Shown here: positions 29,288 to 39,409 of the stretch, in pieces
Layout: each line of letters opens with the position of its first letter
How positions within the stretch are numbered: the first letter of the stretch is position 1
Virus record (IMG/VR): IMGVR_UViG_3300009158_000031
Coordinates: 190,394 to 254,393 of that record
DNA: 64,000 bases
Reading direction: 5' to 3' (one strand)
Position numbers and translations under genes: made by a program
The notes under the pieces: generated by a model
Told to the model about the DNA's origin: nothing
Seen by the model: the letters and a program-made list of their open reading frames with translations, nothing else
Databases searched by the model: none

Positions 29288-30344
29288 GCTATATGAAGCC
29301 TTCTTAACAGAAGGAGGCTGGGCAACAACCAAAACACAAGGAACCGTTCTGACTCCAGCTGTTATCGCTGAGGTTGTGAAGGTTATGGATCTGATCAATA
29401 CGGGATTCAATGGACATTTGAGAGAGCTTGAACTTCCCACTCTAGATATTCTAAAACCTATTGGCAGTGGAACTTGGTGGAGTGAAGATGTGACCGAACA
29501 ACCAGACAAAACTTATGGAGATGTCGATTACATGGTTGCCTATCCCACTTTGAAGCTCACTGCTGGTCGTGATAGAGAAGATGAGATTGCTACGGTGAAG
29601 CTATACAATACCGAGCTGCTCATGTGGTTAGAGGAAGAAGGTATCACCGATGTAGATATTGATGAGACGAAGAAAATATCTTCGGATGTTTCTCTTAAGT
29701 TAATTGCGATCGTTCCCTTTAATGGAACTGATGCATATGTTCAGGTTGATATGGTTGTTACTCACAAAGAGTATAGTGATTGGGCAGTATTCCGTATGAC
29801 TCCTATTCGTAACGTTAAAGGTTTTGTGCTAGGAAATCTCTACTCTTCATTTGGTGAAGTTCTAGATTTGTCTATTCAGGCAAGAGGAGTAAGAGCTAAA
29901 TTTGAAGGTCAGGTTATGAAGCCTTATTCTAAACGAGCTAATGTTGAGGATCGCATCATCTCACAAAATGCTGAATCATTCATGACCGATATCGCTCGTT
30001 TCTTTTGGGAACAGAGCGGAACAGATATTCCATTCACCGCTACTCCTATCGAATCTTGGAAGGGAATGGATCGCAACTCTCCTCGATTCGAAGATCTAGC
30101 CGAAGGAATTCGTCTGGTTGCCGAGACACTAGGTCAGCTAGACGAATTTGGAACTACTATTAAATACAAATCAGCTGCTGATCTACTAAATGCAGTGATT
30201 GCTCAATATACGAAGAAGATGATGGAAGCTTATAATTCTGCTAAATTTGATAAGGCAGAAACTCCAGCAGCAAAAGCCATTATCACTAAAGTTAGAGCAA
30301 CCATTGACGAATATATCAGTCTGGCTAAATCACTACTTACATAA
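29274..30344 (+). CDS. nucleotidyltransferase-like protein with capsid-targeting-like N-terminus
   Basis: MKSIKLYEAFLTEGG; IGS...GDVD...VQVD Pol-beta-type motifs. Confidence 0.6.
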   Translation: MKSIKLYEAFLTEGGWATTKTQGTVLTPAVIAEVVKVMDLINTGFNGHLRELELPTLDILKPIGSGTWWSEDVTEQPDKTYGDVDYMVAYPTLKLTAGRDREDEIATVKLYNTELLMWLEEEGITDVDIDETKKISSDVSLKLIAIVPFNGTDAYVQVDMVVTHKEYSDWAVFRMTPIRNVKGFVLGNLYSSFGEVLDLSIQARGVRAKFEGQVMKPYSKRANVEDRIISQNAESFMTDIARFFWEQSGTDIPFTATPIESWKGMDRNSPRFEDLAEGIRLVAETLGQLDEFGTTIKYKSAADLLNAVIAQYTKKMMEAYNSAKFDKAETPAAKAIITKVRATIDEYISLAKSLLT

Positions 30345-30351
30345 AAGTAAT

Positions 30352-30726
30352 ATGTTATACTATTCACCAAAAATTGCAGTCGGAGAATCGACTGTAGCAG
30401 GCAGAGGTGTATTTGCCATAGCCGATATAGAGGCTGGAGAGGTACTTGAAGAGTGCCACTTCTTTTTACTAACTAATGGTAATCATTCAGCTATGGATGA
30501 TACTTTAAAAGAGATGGTATTCGCATGGCCGGCATATAATGATGTTCATCAATTTGCTGTTGTACTAGGCAGTGGAACTGTTTATAATCATTCATATGAA
30601 AACAATGCAACCTGGGATACTGATGAAGCTAAATGCTGTTTCAGATTTTCTTCTACTCGAGACATAAAGGCCGGTGAAGAGATATTCACAAATTATAACC
30701 GAAGCGGAGGAAATCACTTTGATTGA
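30352..30726 (+). CDS. SET-domain methyltransferase
   Basis: GRGVFA..DI.AGE, YNHS, RDIKAGEEIFTNY. Confidence 0.9.
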   Translation: MLYYSPKIAVGESTVAGRGVFAIADIEAGEVLEECHFFLLTNGNHSAMDDTLKEMVFAWPAYNDVHQFAVVLGSGTVYNHSYENNATWDTDEAKCCFRFSSTRDIKAGEEIFTNYNRSGGNHFD

Positions 30727-30752
30727 TAAATATAAAAACACACAAAAGCTAA

Positions 30753-31670
30753 ATGGCTAATTCAACATACACAGATCTTCAAGTTCTTATTCAACGAATA
30801 AGAGGTAAGCGAGTTCTTCTTCTTACAACATCTAATAGATGGAGTGGTGATGAAGGAGGAAAACCTAAATCTACTCAATTGGCTGAGTTAATAGCCAGAT
30901 CTTTATACGACGATTCAACGGATTCTACTCTTTGTAAAGTAATAGATATTCCATCTCTCAATATTCACAACTGTGAAGGTAATGTATCTTCCGGAAGTGG
31001 TAATGGTTGTGGAGTTAAGGCTGCTGCCCTAAAGGATACCACTAAAAATCCTACTGGTAATCTTCGTTGTTGGGCTTCTATTAATAATGCCGATGATGAG
31101 TTATGGAAAGTTAGTAATGCTATATTCGAATCAGATGTAGTCCTCTTCTTTGCTTCTACAAGATGGGGTCAGGCAAATGCATTCTATCAAAAACTTATCG
31201 AACGTCTAACTTGGTTAGAGAATCGTCACACTACTCTTGGTGAATCTAATCTACTAGGAAATATTGAAGCTGGTGGATTCTTCATTGGACACAATTGGAA
31301 TGTAGAAGATGTAATGAATACTCAAAGAACGGTACTTCAGTATTTCGGATTTCAAGTTCCACCTCAACTTTTTCTTCACTGGCAATGGACTAATAGTGAT
31401 ACTAACGAAACTCAGAAAGGATATGAAGCTGATGCTAAAGACTTCAAAGAGGTTTGGAAAGTTGGAACATATCCTTTAGAGGAAAGTTTTAATCGTTGGT
31501 TGAATGAAGCTGGTTATGATGCTGGTTCTAGAAAACCTACTCCGGAAGAGGTTGAAATGTGCAAATCTCCAGAAGGATTTAATCAGATAAACCACTGCAA
31601 AGCTTTAGGACTTACTCCTCGTGAAGATGGAACCAAAGCCAAATCTAAAAAATATGGTGGTGACGCATAA
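30753..31670 (+). CDS. flavodoxin/NADPH-dependent FMN reductase-like protein with extra C-terminal module
   Basis: CEGNVS, RCWAS, SDVVLF..TRWGQ; internal SFNRWLNE. Confidence 0.7.
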   Translation: MANSTYTDLQVLIQRIRGKRVLLLTTSNRWSGDEGGKPKSTQLAELIARSLYDDSTDSTLCKVIDIPSLNIHNCEGNVSSGSGNGCGVKAAALKDTTKNPTGNLRCWASINNADDELWKVSNAIFESDVVLFFASTRWGQANAFYQKLIERLTWLENRHTTLGESNLLGNIEAGGFFIGHNWNVEDVMNTQRTVLQYFGFQVPPQLFLHWQWTNSDTNETQKGYEADAKDFKEVWKVGTYPLEESFNRWLNEAGYDAGSRKPTPEEVEMCKSPEGFNQINHCKALGLTPREDGTKAKSKKYGGDA

Positions 31671-32452
31671 TGAAACCGATAAAACTTTTTGAAGATTTTA
31701 TTAATGAATTCGATACAGGTAAAGTATTACTAGGTGATCCTTCTTTATTGGGTAGACCTAATAAATGGGAAGATCTCGGAATAGAGTTTGAACCTAATAC
31801 TGCTGACAAAACTCAATTAATACAATTGATAAAAGATTGGATTTTTAAAGTAAAGGCAGATCCAAAGATGGGACATATCCTTAAAGAATTGCTGCCCTTA
31901 AAAAAGAAGTTTCCGAAAATATTAGAACCATCTGAAGGTAGATCCGTCTATGAAGGTACTTCTCTTTATAGAGGAACTATAATACCATTTAAAGAAGTGT
32001 TATCACTAAAGGGTAAATGGAAACGTAACGACGCGGTTGATATTTTTGGTGGTAGCCTAAATCTCAGTACATCATATAATTGGGAAAGTATTAATAGAAA
32101 GGGATTCACTTCGTTTACACCATCTATCGAAATAGCGGCCACTTTTGCAGGAAGCCTTAGTTCAGAAAATTATAACGAAATTGTAGCATCTAAAACGGTT
32201 GTTAAAAGATTATTAGATGGATCCATTGATGGTATGATTCCGATGATTATTAAAATTAAAGACACACATCCCTTAGCAATTATGAATCCGGTGTTTACTC
32301 AATCAATTCACGAATTCATGAATGAATTTGAGGTATTTGTTGTTGGAAATAAAATCCGGGTTGATGAAGTTATAATTCCAGGATGGCATTACTACGAAAG
32401 AGATGCTAAAGAATTAGGAGTAGATCTTACAAAATATTTTAACATACAATGA
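31670..32452 (+). CDS. ADP-ribosyltransferase-fold protein with capsid-targeting-like N-terminus
   Basis: MKPIKLFEDFINE; LYRG, FTSFT...A..FA, EFEV. Confidence 0.6.
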   Translation: MKPIKLFEDFINEFDTGKVLLGDPSLLGRPNKWEDLGIEFEPNTADKTQLIQLIKDWIFKVKADPKMGHILKELLPLKKKFPKILEPSEGRSVYEGTSLYRGTIIPFKEVLSLKGKWKRNDAVDIFGGSLNLSTSYNWESINRKGFTSFTPSIEIAATFAGSLSSENYNEIVASKTVVKRLLDGSIDGMIPMIIKIKDTHPLAIMNPVFTQSIHEFMNEFEVFVVGNKIRVDEVIIPGWHYYERDAKELGVDLTKYFNIQ

Positions 32453-33057
32453 AACATATCCAAGGTTTTAATACATTCCTTAATGAAGGCGAAGGTTTAT
32501 TTGCTGATGCCGGTAAAGGATCTACTAAAGGAATTGGATATGGAACGCCAGAAAAAGCTAAAGAGACTATTAAGATCGCTGACAAAATGAAGGCAGACGA
32601 TCCAGGAAAAGCCGTTCAAATCGTTAATGCCATGCTCAATCGAGCTAAATACTCAAATGGTCAGAATGATGGCATGAGAGCAGCAATTCCCATCTTTCAA
32701 AAATGGTTAAAGGCCAATCAAGCATCTGAATCATTTTTAGGAGTTGATGAATTCATTCTAGAAAAACTTTGGCAAAAGGAAGTAGAATCTTCTCACCTTA
32801 ACGAAATTGAATATGACTCATCAACTGAAGAACTAACTATTACTTTTAACAATGGAGACCGCTACAGATATTATGAAGTTCCTAAATCCATCTTCCGAGA
32901 ATTTGCCAATGAGAAAACTATTCTAGGAAAGATTGGTGGAGGAATTGTCAAAGGAGCCAAGAAGCTATTTGGTAAGGATATTGACGAAGGTACATATGGT
33001 AAAAAATTCTGGTCACTCATTCGTCGAGGTGGCTATCAATACGAAAAACTCTCATGA
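32449..33057 (+). CDS. KTSC-domain protein with capsid-targeting-like N-terminus
   Basis: MKHIQGFNTFLNE; VESSHL..IEYD....L.I.FNNG..Y.Y.EVP. Confidence 0.75.
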   Translation: MKHIQGFNTFLNEGEGLFADAGKGSTKGIGYGTPEKAKETIKIADKMKADDPGKAVQIVNAMLNRAKYSNGQNDGMRAAIPIFQKWLKANQASESFLGVDEFILEKLWQKEVESSHLNEIEYDSSTEELTITFNNGDRYRYYEVPKSIFREFANEKTILGKIGGGIVKGAKKLFGKDIDEGTYGKKFWSLIRRGGYQYEKLS

Positions 33058-33719
33058 AAGAAATAAAATTATATGAGCAATGGCTCAATGAAATCGATGG
33101 TCCTGCAGATGGATCTCTATTCGGTACATCCGGAGTAGATTTTGGATTCATCGGTCTGCAAGATCCAGGAGACACACCAAATTCGTTTGAACCTAATATG
33201 GTTGAATCCTTTATTATTGATCTTCTTCAAAGACACAATAATACCGTTCCTTCTCCTGGCACACTTACCGTCGAGTATCTTGAAGATATCGAAAAGGTAC
33301 AAACCGGAATGAGTGATAAAGATCGATCATTTGTTCAGGCAGTTAATAATAATCCTATGGCTTTTCATGTTGAAGATGCCAAGAAAGCTGGTATTGATCT
33401 AGATGGTAAATGGTTAACTGAATGTTGGGATTATGCTACCAGTGTAGCAGGTACTGCAAAAGATATTTGGAAAGTAAAACGTCCATTTGAATTAAGCTCA
33501 AAAGTCAAGGGGTTGGTTCCTACTAAATCCTTCTCATTTCCTTCAACTAATGCGGCCGGATCTTTTTATGTAGCAAAAAAGGTTGCAGAGAAATATCCTC
33601 AATTGAAAGAATCTCAAATGGAAGTGGCTACTCAAATAGCAAATTCACGAGTTGTTGCCGGTGTGCATCATCCATTAGATATTGCCGTTGGAAAAATGTT
33701 AGCCTTAGGCTTATTATAA
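33054..33719 (+). CDS. PAP2/acid-phosphatase-fold protein with capsid-targeting-like N-terminus
   Basis: MKEIKLYEQWLNE; K-x6-RP, SFPSTN, SRVVAGVHHPLD. Confidence 0.75.
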   Translation: MKEIKLYEQWLNEIDGPADGSLFGTSGVDFGFIGLQDPGDTPNSFEPNMVESFIIDLLQRHNNTVPSPGTLTVEYLEDIEKVQTGMSDKDRSFVQAVNNNPMAFHVEDAKKAGIDLDGKWLTECWDYATSVAGTAKDIWKVKRPFELSSKVKGLVPTKSFSFPSTNAAGSFYVAKKVAEKYPQLKESQMEVATQIANSRVVAGVHHPLDIAVGKMLALGLL

Positions 33720-34273
33720 TGTTCAAGAAATTTAGACAATTCATTAATGAAGATATTCATATACCTTCCGGTAAATGGATAGACACTGACCTTAAAGGTC
33801 AGGATGATGATATGATGCAACTCATATGGACAATGTATACTGACACATACTCTAAACAAGGATTAGATTTCTCTGCCGATGATTATGCTGAACTTAAAAC
33901 TAAATACCAAGCAACATTCTTAAAGGATGTTGACCATGATCGTATTCCAGATGCCTTTATTATATACAAGAAAACGAAGTATGGAAATAAGATTGCTCTT
34001 CTAGGAACTAATGATAAGAAGACTGCAAAACGAGATCTTCTAGAAAAAACTATTTCATTACTTAAAAATCCTGGTTGGTTGTTAGAGGCCTCTCGTAAAA
34101 TGGAAGAGATTCTTTCAAATTCAAATGTTCCTTATATTGAAGATCCTGAAATCATTGCTGATATTGTCGGTAAAGACAAGAAACCTGAAATGGTTAAACA
34201 TGGATATTATACAAGACTTCTTTCAAAAACACCAAAGCGTATCTTAAAACGCATGTATGGTAAGGTCAAATAG
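33719..34273 (+). CDS. hypothetical protein with capsid-targeting-like N-terminus
   Basis: MFKKFRQFINE. Confidence 0.65.
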   Translation: MFKKFRQFINEDIHIPSGKWIDTDLKGQDDDMMQLIWTMYTDTYSKQGLDFSADDYAELKTKYQATFLKDVDHDRIPDAFIIYKKTKYGNKIALLGTNDKKTAKRDLLEKTISLLKNPGWLLEASRKMEEILSNSNVPYIEDPEIIADIVGKDKKPEMVKHGYYTRLLSKTPKRILKRMYGKVK

Positions 34274-34357
34274 ACCAAAATGACCTAGTAGTTATTCGGC
34301 GGATCCCGTCGGTTATTAAGTAAACCCACTTTTAGGAGATATGTTCTTATAAATAAT

Positions 34358-37300
34358 ATGAGAAACAAACATATGAAAAATCCTATTTTAATTTGCCTGT
34401 TACTATTTAATTTAATTGTAATTGGACAAACAACACCTAAAGAAAGATACATAAACAATTCTGATTATCTTTCTAAAAACTCCTTAGTCGATTACAAAAG
34501 CTATTACGGAGATTCCATACAAGGATTCGACGAAGCAGCTATGAAAGTTGAACTACTAAGACGAAACGTTTTTGGTTCAGAATACATCAACTACATTGCT
34601 CTTGTAAAAAGAGAATGGGTAAATCAAAAGTACGGTATCAAACCTGTACTACCTATCAATTCAAACAACCGACCTATTGGAGGTCCTAACTCAGTTAATT
34701 CACCTGGTAATGCTTGTGTGAATGAAGACTTTGAGCTTACTGCACCTGGAGCTTATAATGGAATGAATTCTGTTTTAGGATGGACAATTCAAAGTGGACA
34801 AAATACTTCCAATATCTGTTGTGGAAATCCTACATATGGTGCTGGCTGTGTTGCTAATCCTATTGCTAATTGGAATGCAGGTAGTCCTGAATTTTCTATT
34901 GTTGCTACTCCAATACTACCTGCTCCTAGTTGTGCTAATCCTCCTGGATTTAGTATTGACAATGTATCAATACCTAATTCACCTCTTGGCGGTAACCGAG
35001 TTGCAAGACTACAAAACTCATGTCCAACCGGTTTGATGACTCGAATTATGACACAATTTCCTGTTTCAAATTCTAATACCTTATTTCAATTTTGTTATGC
35101 TGGTTCATGGGATGGTGTTCATGAATGTTGTGGACAACCTGCTTTTAGAATCGATATGTATAATTGTACAGGTTCATTAATCCCAATACCATGTGCCAAT
35201 GTAAGCCTAACTCCTTCCGGACAATCTTGTCAAAGTGGAGTTCCTGGATATCAGGTAACCAGTGGAGTTTCATGGGTTAATTGGCAAACAAAATATATTG
35301 ACTTAACTCCTTATATTGGTCAGTGTATTAGAATTGTGGTAACTTGCTCAGATTGTTCTTATTCTGGACATCATGGAACTGCTTATTTTGATGCAAGATG
35401 CGGTGGTCAATTAGTTGGAGTTGGATTAGGTGGAGTTGGTGGAAACATTGCAGGACCTGTTAGTTATTGTGCTGGTTCAAATCAAGCTATTATTGCCGCA
35501 CCATTGGGATACTCGTCATATCAATGGATATCTCCTATCACAGGAACAATTCCTGCTAATGCAGGAGGTACAGCTCCAGTATTAACCATAAGTCCAGTAG
35601 TTGCAGGTTTAGTGTATACAGTTCAGTTAAACTCACCATCAGGGTGTTCTTATATTGCAACCAATACAATCATGCCTACTCTTGTAAACATTGCAGGTAT
35701 TGGTTCAGGCACAAGTTGTGCAGGAGGATCAAGTGGAACGGGTACTGTTCAAGGTAATGGCAGTGGCACAGGATACAATTATACTTGGGTAAATTCAAAT
35801 AATGCTGTAGTTGGTACCTCAGCAACAGTAAGTGGACTGCTTCCAGGAACATATAGCGTAACTATAACTGGTCTTGGCGCTGCAGGATGTGGTTCAGCAA
35901 CATCAACTATATCAATAGGAGTTGGAATACCTCAAATGCAAAATCTATTAAAACCGTATTGTGGTTCTCAAGCCTATTTAAGTGTAACGGGTAATAGTGT
36001 TCAGTGGTCTACCAACAATACAGCTATCTCCGCTCCATTAGGAGTGGCAATGGGATACACAGTAAACAATCCAGTACAGGCTTCAGTATACACAGTTACC
36101 TATACTTCATTACAAAATTGTAATGAAGCAGCTTCATTCACCCTAATACCATCTCCGCCGGGCAGTATATCATTACTAACTACTTCTGTTTGTTTAAACT
36201 CGACAAATGGCAGTGGAACTATTAATCTAACTCCTGCATCTGGTTCTCCTCCTGGAGCTAATTCATATTCAGTATGGAATTCTAATAATACTCCGGTTTA
36301 CAATTCATCATTGTCTCCTACTAATCAAAATAATTATTTGTTTGGAAACATGGGAACCGGTAGTTATCAAGTAAGAGTATTTGATGGTTCCTGTGCATAC
36401 ACAACTTCCTTTATTATACCTACTCATGTATTTTCTCCTACATTAAGTCCAACCTCAACAACTCTATGTCCTGGTGGAGGTATTGCAGCCGGAGTAGTAT
36501 TTAGTATTCCACCATCATTATCTCAATACACTTACTCTTGGACACCTAATATCTTTTTAGCAGGAAACACTCAACAATCAACGATTATCATACCAAATCT
36601 TGCAGTAGGTACGCAATCAAATATAACTTACTCAGTTGTAATTACTCCTACTGCTATTAATTGTCCGATGACTCGTACATTAAATTTATGGGCAATCAAT
36701 CCACCAATTCCAACTATTACTGCAATACCTAATATGTGTAACAATATGCTTCCATATCAAGTATTGGCTAATCCCAGTGGTGGTATCTTTACCGGAGTTG
36801 GAATGAGTACATTAGGTTTAATCTCTCCGACTGCTTCACTATTAGGAATCAATAACTTTACATATGCCATTTCAATTAGTACTTGCGCATCATCTAATAC
36901 TGGAAGTTATCAGGTATCATATTTCAATACTTCATCATTAAGCTCTTCAATAAATCCTATATGTTCTACTAATTCAACAATAAATCTTATGACTATTGTT
37001 CAGAATACCTTAGGATCTTGGTCAGGTAATTATATAACGAATAACATATTCAATCCAGCAAATCTAAATGGAGTATACTCATTAACCTACAATAATTTAT
37101 CAACACCAAATCCTACAGTATGTCCTTCATCTACTCAAATGAATATATCGGTTACTAATACAATAATTCCGACTATTGCAAATTCCAATCCATTCTGTAC
37201 GAATGCCTCCTCTTTTGTATTGATCGCTAATCCAAATGGAGGAATCTGGTCTAACAATTCTGCAGTGAGCGGTTTAGGTATTGTAACTCCTTCATTGACA

Positions 37301-39325
37301 TCTCCTACAAATACAACGGTTAATTATGTCGTTAATGTTGGTCCATGTATAAACACAAACACATTCAACATATATCCATCAACTTTCAATACGGCTTCTT
37401 TAACTGGATCTATCCCTAATTTATGCGTAACGAGCTCATCAATAAATCTAATGTCAATCGTACAAAATACGACTGGATCTTGGTCAGGAATGAATGTTAC
37501 TCAAAACATATTCAACCCTTCAGGATTACCGACCGGAAATTATACTTTAACATACAATACCAACTCGGCTCCTAATGTTACTCTATGTCCAGATAACCGA
37601 ACAATAAACATATCGGTTCTTAATCCGGCATCTCCGAACATTACTACATTCGGACCTATATGTAGCAAAGATGCTATTATGCAAATGACCGTTACTCCTA
37701 ATTCTGGTAGTTGGATTTCTACTCCATATCTAAACATTAATGGAATATTAAATCCTTCGCTATGTCCTATTGGAATTAATGCCATTCAATATGTAATAGG
37801 AACTAATACTTGTTCGGCTCAACAAACAAAAACCTTTGTGGTTGAGATGTTCATTCCATCAACGATAACAAATCAAATACCTGACTTGTGTAATACCAGC
37901 TCTCCCATAAATCTTAATTCATATTCTGGTTTTCCTGGATCTTGGTCAGGATTAGGAATCAATGGTTCAATGTTTACTCCATCGAATTCAGGAACATTAA
38001 TTCTAGTACATACCACATCATCATCTAGTGGTTTATGTCCTAGTACGTCAAGCATATCAGTTAGAGTATATTCATTACAATCTCCAGTAATAATCAAGCC
38101 AAATTCTGTATGTAACACATATGCGCCTTTCCAATTACAAGTAAATCCAATCGGTGGTATATTCGGAGGTAATGGATCTAATACTAACGGAATTTTTAAT
38201 CCAGCATATGGAGCGATAGGAAACAATATAATTAATTACAGCATTTCTGCCGGTCCTTGTATAGCATATGCACAGACTACTGTTAATATTGAGAAATTTA
38301 TATCGGCTGATCTAGATCGATACCCTAAAACCGTTTATTGTAAAGGTACTGAATATCCTTTTAATCTGAATTCGTTAGTCAAAAATCCAAATTATAATTG
38401 GTCTGGTCCTGGAGTAAATGGTTATATGTTCGATCCACAAATGGCAAACATCGGAAACAACCTAATATATTATCGAACGCATTCTGCACCAACGGCTTCA
38501 TTATGTCCGGATGAAAAATCATTTAACATAAGGGTTGCTCAAATAAGTAAACCCATCATATCGCTATCTGATTCAATTGGTTGTGTTCCTCTTAGAGTAA
38601 TTCTCAATTCAAACGAAAATACTGGATTATCTTCTTGGAAATTTAGTAATGGATATTCTAGTGAAGCCAATTCTCTTGCATATACATTTACTTCAAGCGG
38701 AATACATTCAATAATATTCTCATATATCAATGATGAAGGTTGTGTATCGCCAAATCAAATGATTACTCTTATTAGAGTTGATGAGGTACCTTTTCCCAAG
38801 TTTCAATTACCAAAATCCATTTATGCAGGAGATTCAGAAATCCAAGCAATAAATCTAACTCCTAATGTAGGAAGTTACACTTACACATGGATGGTATCTA
38901 ATGGATATTCAGTAAACACAATTAATCTTGCATACGATCCCAAGAAAATAGGCAAGTACGAAATAACATTAATTGCAAAGACGGTTAATGGATGCACGGC
39001 ATCTACTAGAAAAATGATAGAGATACAAAACGAATTTGAAGTACATATCCCAAATACTTTCACTCCTAATAGAGATGGTCTCAACGATTATTTTCTTCCA
39101 GTATTTTCTGACTATGGAGTTGAGTTATCTTTTTATACACTAGAGATTTTCGATCGATGGGATCACTTAATTTATAGATCAATCGATCCTAAAAAAGGAT
39201 GGGATGGAAAAGCCAAAAATGAATTATGTCAACAAGGATCCTATGTATACAGACTTAAGTTTTCTGATAAAGAGAAGAATGTGTATGAGAAGATTGGACA
39301 TGTTCTCCTTTTAGGATCCGATTAA
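34358..39325 (+). CDS. large secreted adhesin-like protein with PKD-like repeats and T9SS type-B (gliding-motility/CHU_C) C-terminal domain
   Basis: Signal peptide then Gln; Cys/Ser/Thr/Asn-rich repeats; IPNTFTPNRDGLND...IFDRW...GWDG...GSYVY. Confidence 0.9.
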   Translation: MRNKHMKNPILICLLLFNLIVIGQTTPKERYINNSDYLSKNSLVDYKSYYGDSIQGFDEAAMKVELLRRNVFGSEYINYIALVKREWVNQKYGIKPVLPINSNNRPIGGPNSVNSPGNACVNEDFELTAPGAYNGMNSVLGWTIQSGQNTSNICCGNPTYGAGCVANPIANWNAGSPEFSIVATPILPAPSCANPPGFSIDNVSIPNSPLGGNRVARLQNSCPTGLMTRIMTQFPVSNSNTLFQFCYAGSWDGVHECCGQPAFRIDMYNCTGSLIPIPCANVSLTPSGQSCQSGVPGYQVTSGVSWVNWQTKYIDLTPYIGQCIRIVVTCSDCSYSGHHGTAYFDARCGGQLVGVGLGGVGGNIAGPVSYCAGSNQAIIAAPLGYSSYQWISPITGTIPANAGGTAPVLTISPVVAGLVYTVQLNSPSGCSYIATNTIMPTLVNIAGIGSGTSCAGGSSGTGTVQGNGSGTGYNYTWVNSNNAVVGTSATVSGLLPGTYSVTITGLGAAGCGSATSTISIGVGIPQMQNLLKPYCGSQAYLSVTGNSVQWSTNNTAISAPLGVAMGYTVNNPVQASVYTVTYTSLQNCNEAASFTLIPSPPGSISLLTTSVCLNSTNGSGTINLTPASGSPPGANSYSVWNSNNTPVYNSSLSPTNQNNYLFGNMGTGSYQVRVFDGSCAYTTSFIIPTHVFSPTLSPTSTTLCPGGGIAAGVVFSIPPSLSQYTYSWTPNIFLAGNTQQSTIIIPNLAVGTQSNITYSVVITPTAINCPMTRTLNLWAINPPIPTITAIPNMCNNMLPYQVLANPSGGIFTGVGMSTLGLISPTASLLGINNFTYAISISTCASSNTGSYQVSYFNTSSLSSSINPICSTNSTINLMTIVQNTLGSWSGNYITNNIFNPANLNGVYSLTYNNLSTPNPTVCPSSTQMNISVTNTIIPTIANSNPFCTNASSFVLIANPNGGIWSNNSAVSGLGIVTPSLTSPTNTTVNYVVNVGPCINTNTFNIYPSTFNTASLTGSIPNLCVTSSSINLMSIVQNTTGSWSGMNVTQNIFNPSGLPTGNYTLTYNTNSAPNVTLCPDNRTINISVLNPASPNITTFGPICSKDAIMQMTVTPNSGSWISTPYLNINGILNPSLCPIGINAIQYVIGTNTCSAQQTKTFVVEMFIPSTITNQIPDLCNTSSPINLNSYSGFPGSWSGLGINGSMFTPSNSGTLILVHTTSSSSGLCPSTSSISVRVYSLQSPVIIKPNSVCNTYAPFQLQVNPIGGIFGGNGSNTNGIFNPAYGAIGNNIINYSISAGPCIAYAQTTVNIEKFISADLDRYPKTVYCKGTEYPFNLNSLVKNPNYNWSGPGVNGYMFDPQMANIGNNLIYYRTHSAPTASLCPDEKSFNIRVAQISKPIISLSDSIGCVPLRVILNSNENTGLSSWKFSNGYSSEANSLAYTFTSSGIHSIIFSYINDEGCVSPNQMITLIRVDEVPFPKFQLPKSIYAGDSEIQAINLTPNVGSYTYTWMVSNGYSVNTINLAYDPKKIGKYEITLIAKTVNGCTASTRKMIEIQNEFEVHIPNTFTPNRDGLNDYFLPVFSDYGVELSFYTLEIFDRWDHLIYRSIDPKKGWDGKAKNELCQQGSYVYRLKFSDKEKNVYEKIGHVLLLGSD

Positions 39326-39328
39326 AAT

Positions 39329-39390
39329 TGTTAATAACTTTCCCGTAATAAATTTTTTTATTCCAAAAAGTTTTATTATATTTGTATATA
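39329..39390 (+). promoter_or_regulatory. promoter repeat copy 7
   Basis: Same architecture and spacing. Confidence 0.8.
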
Positions 39391-39409
39391 CAATTTAAAC
39401 AAATATACT

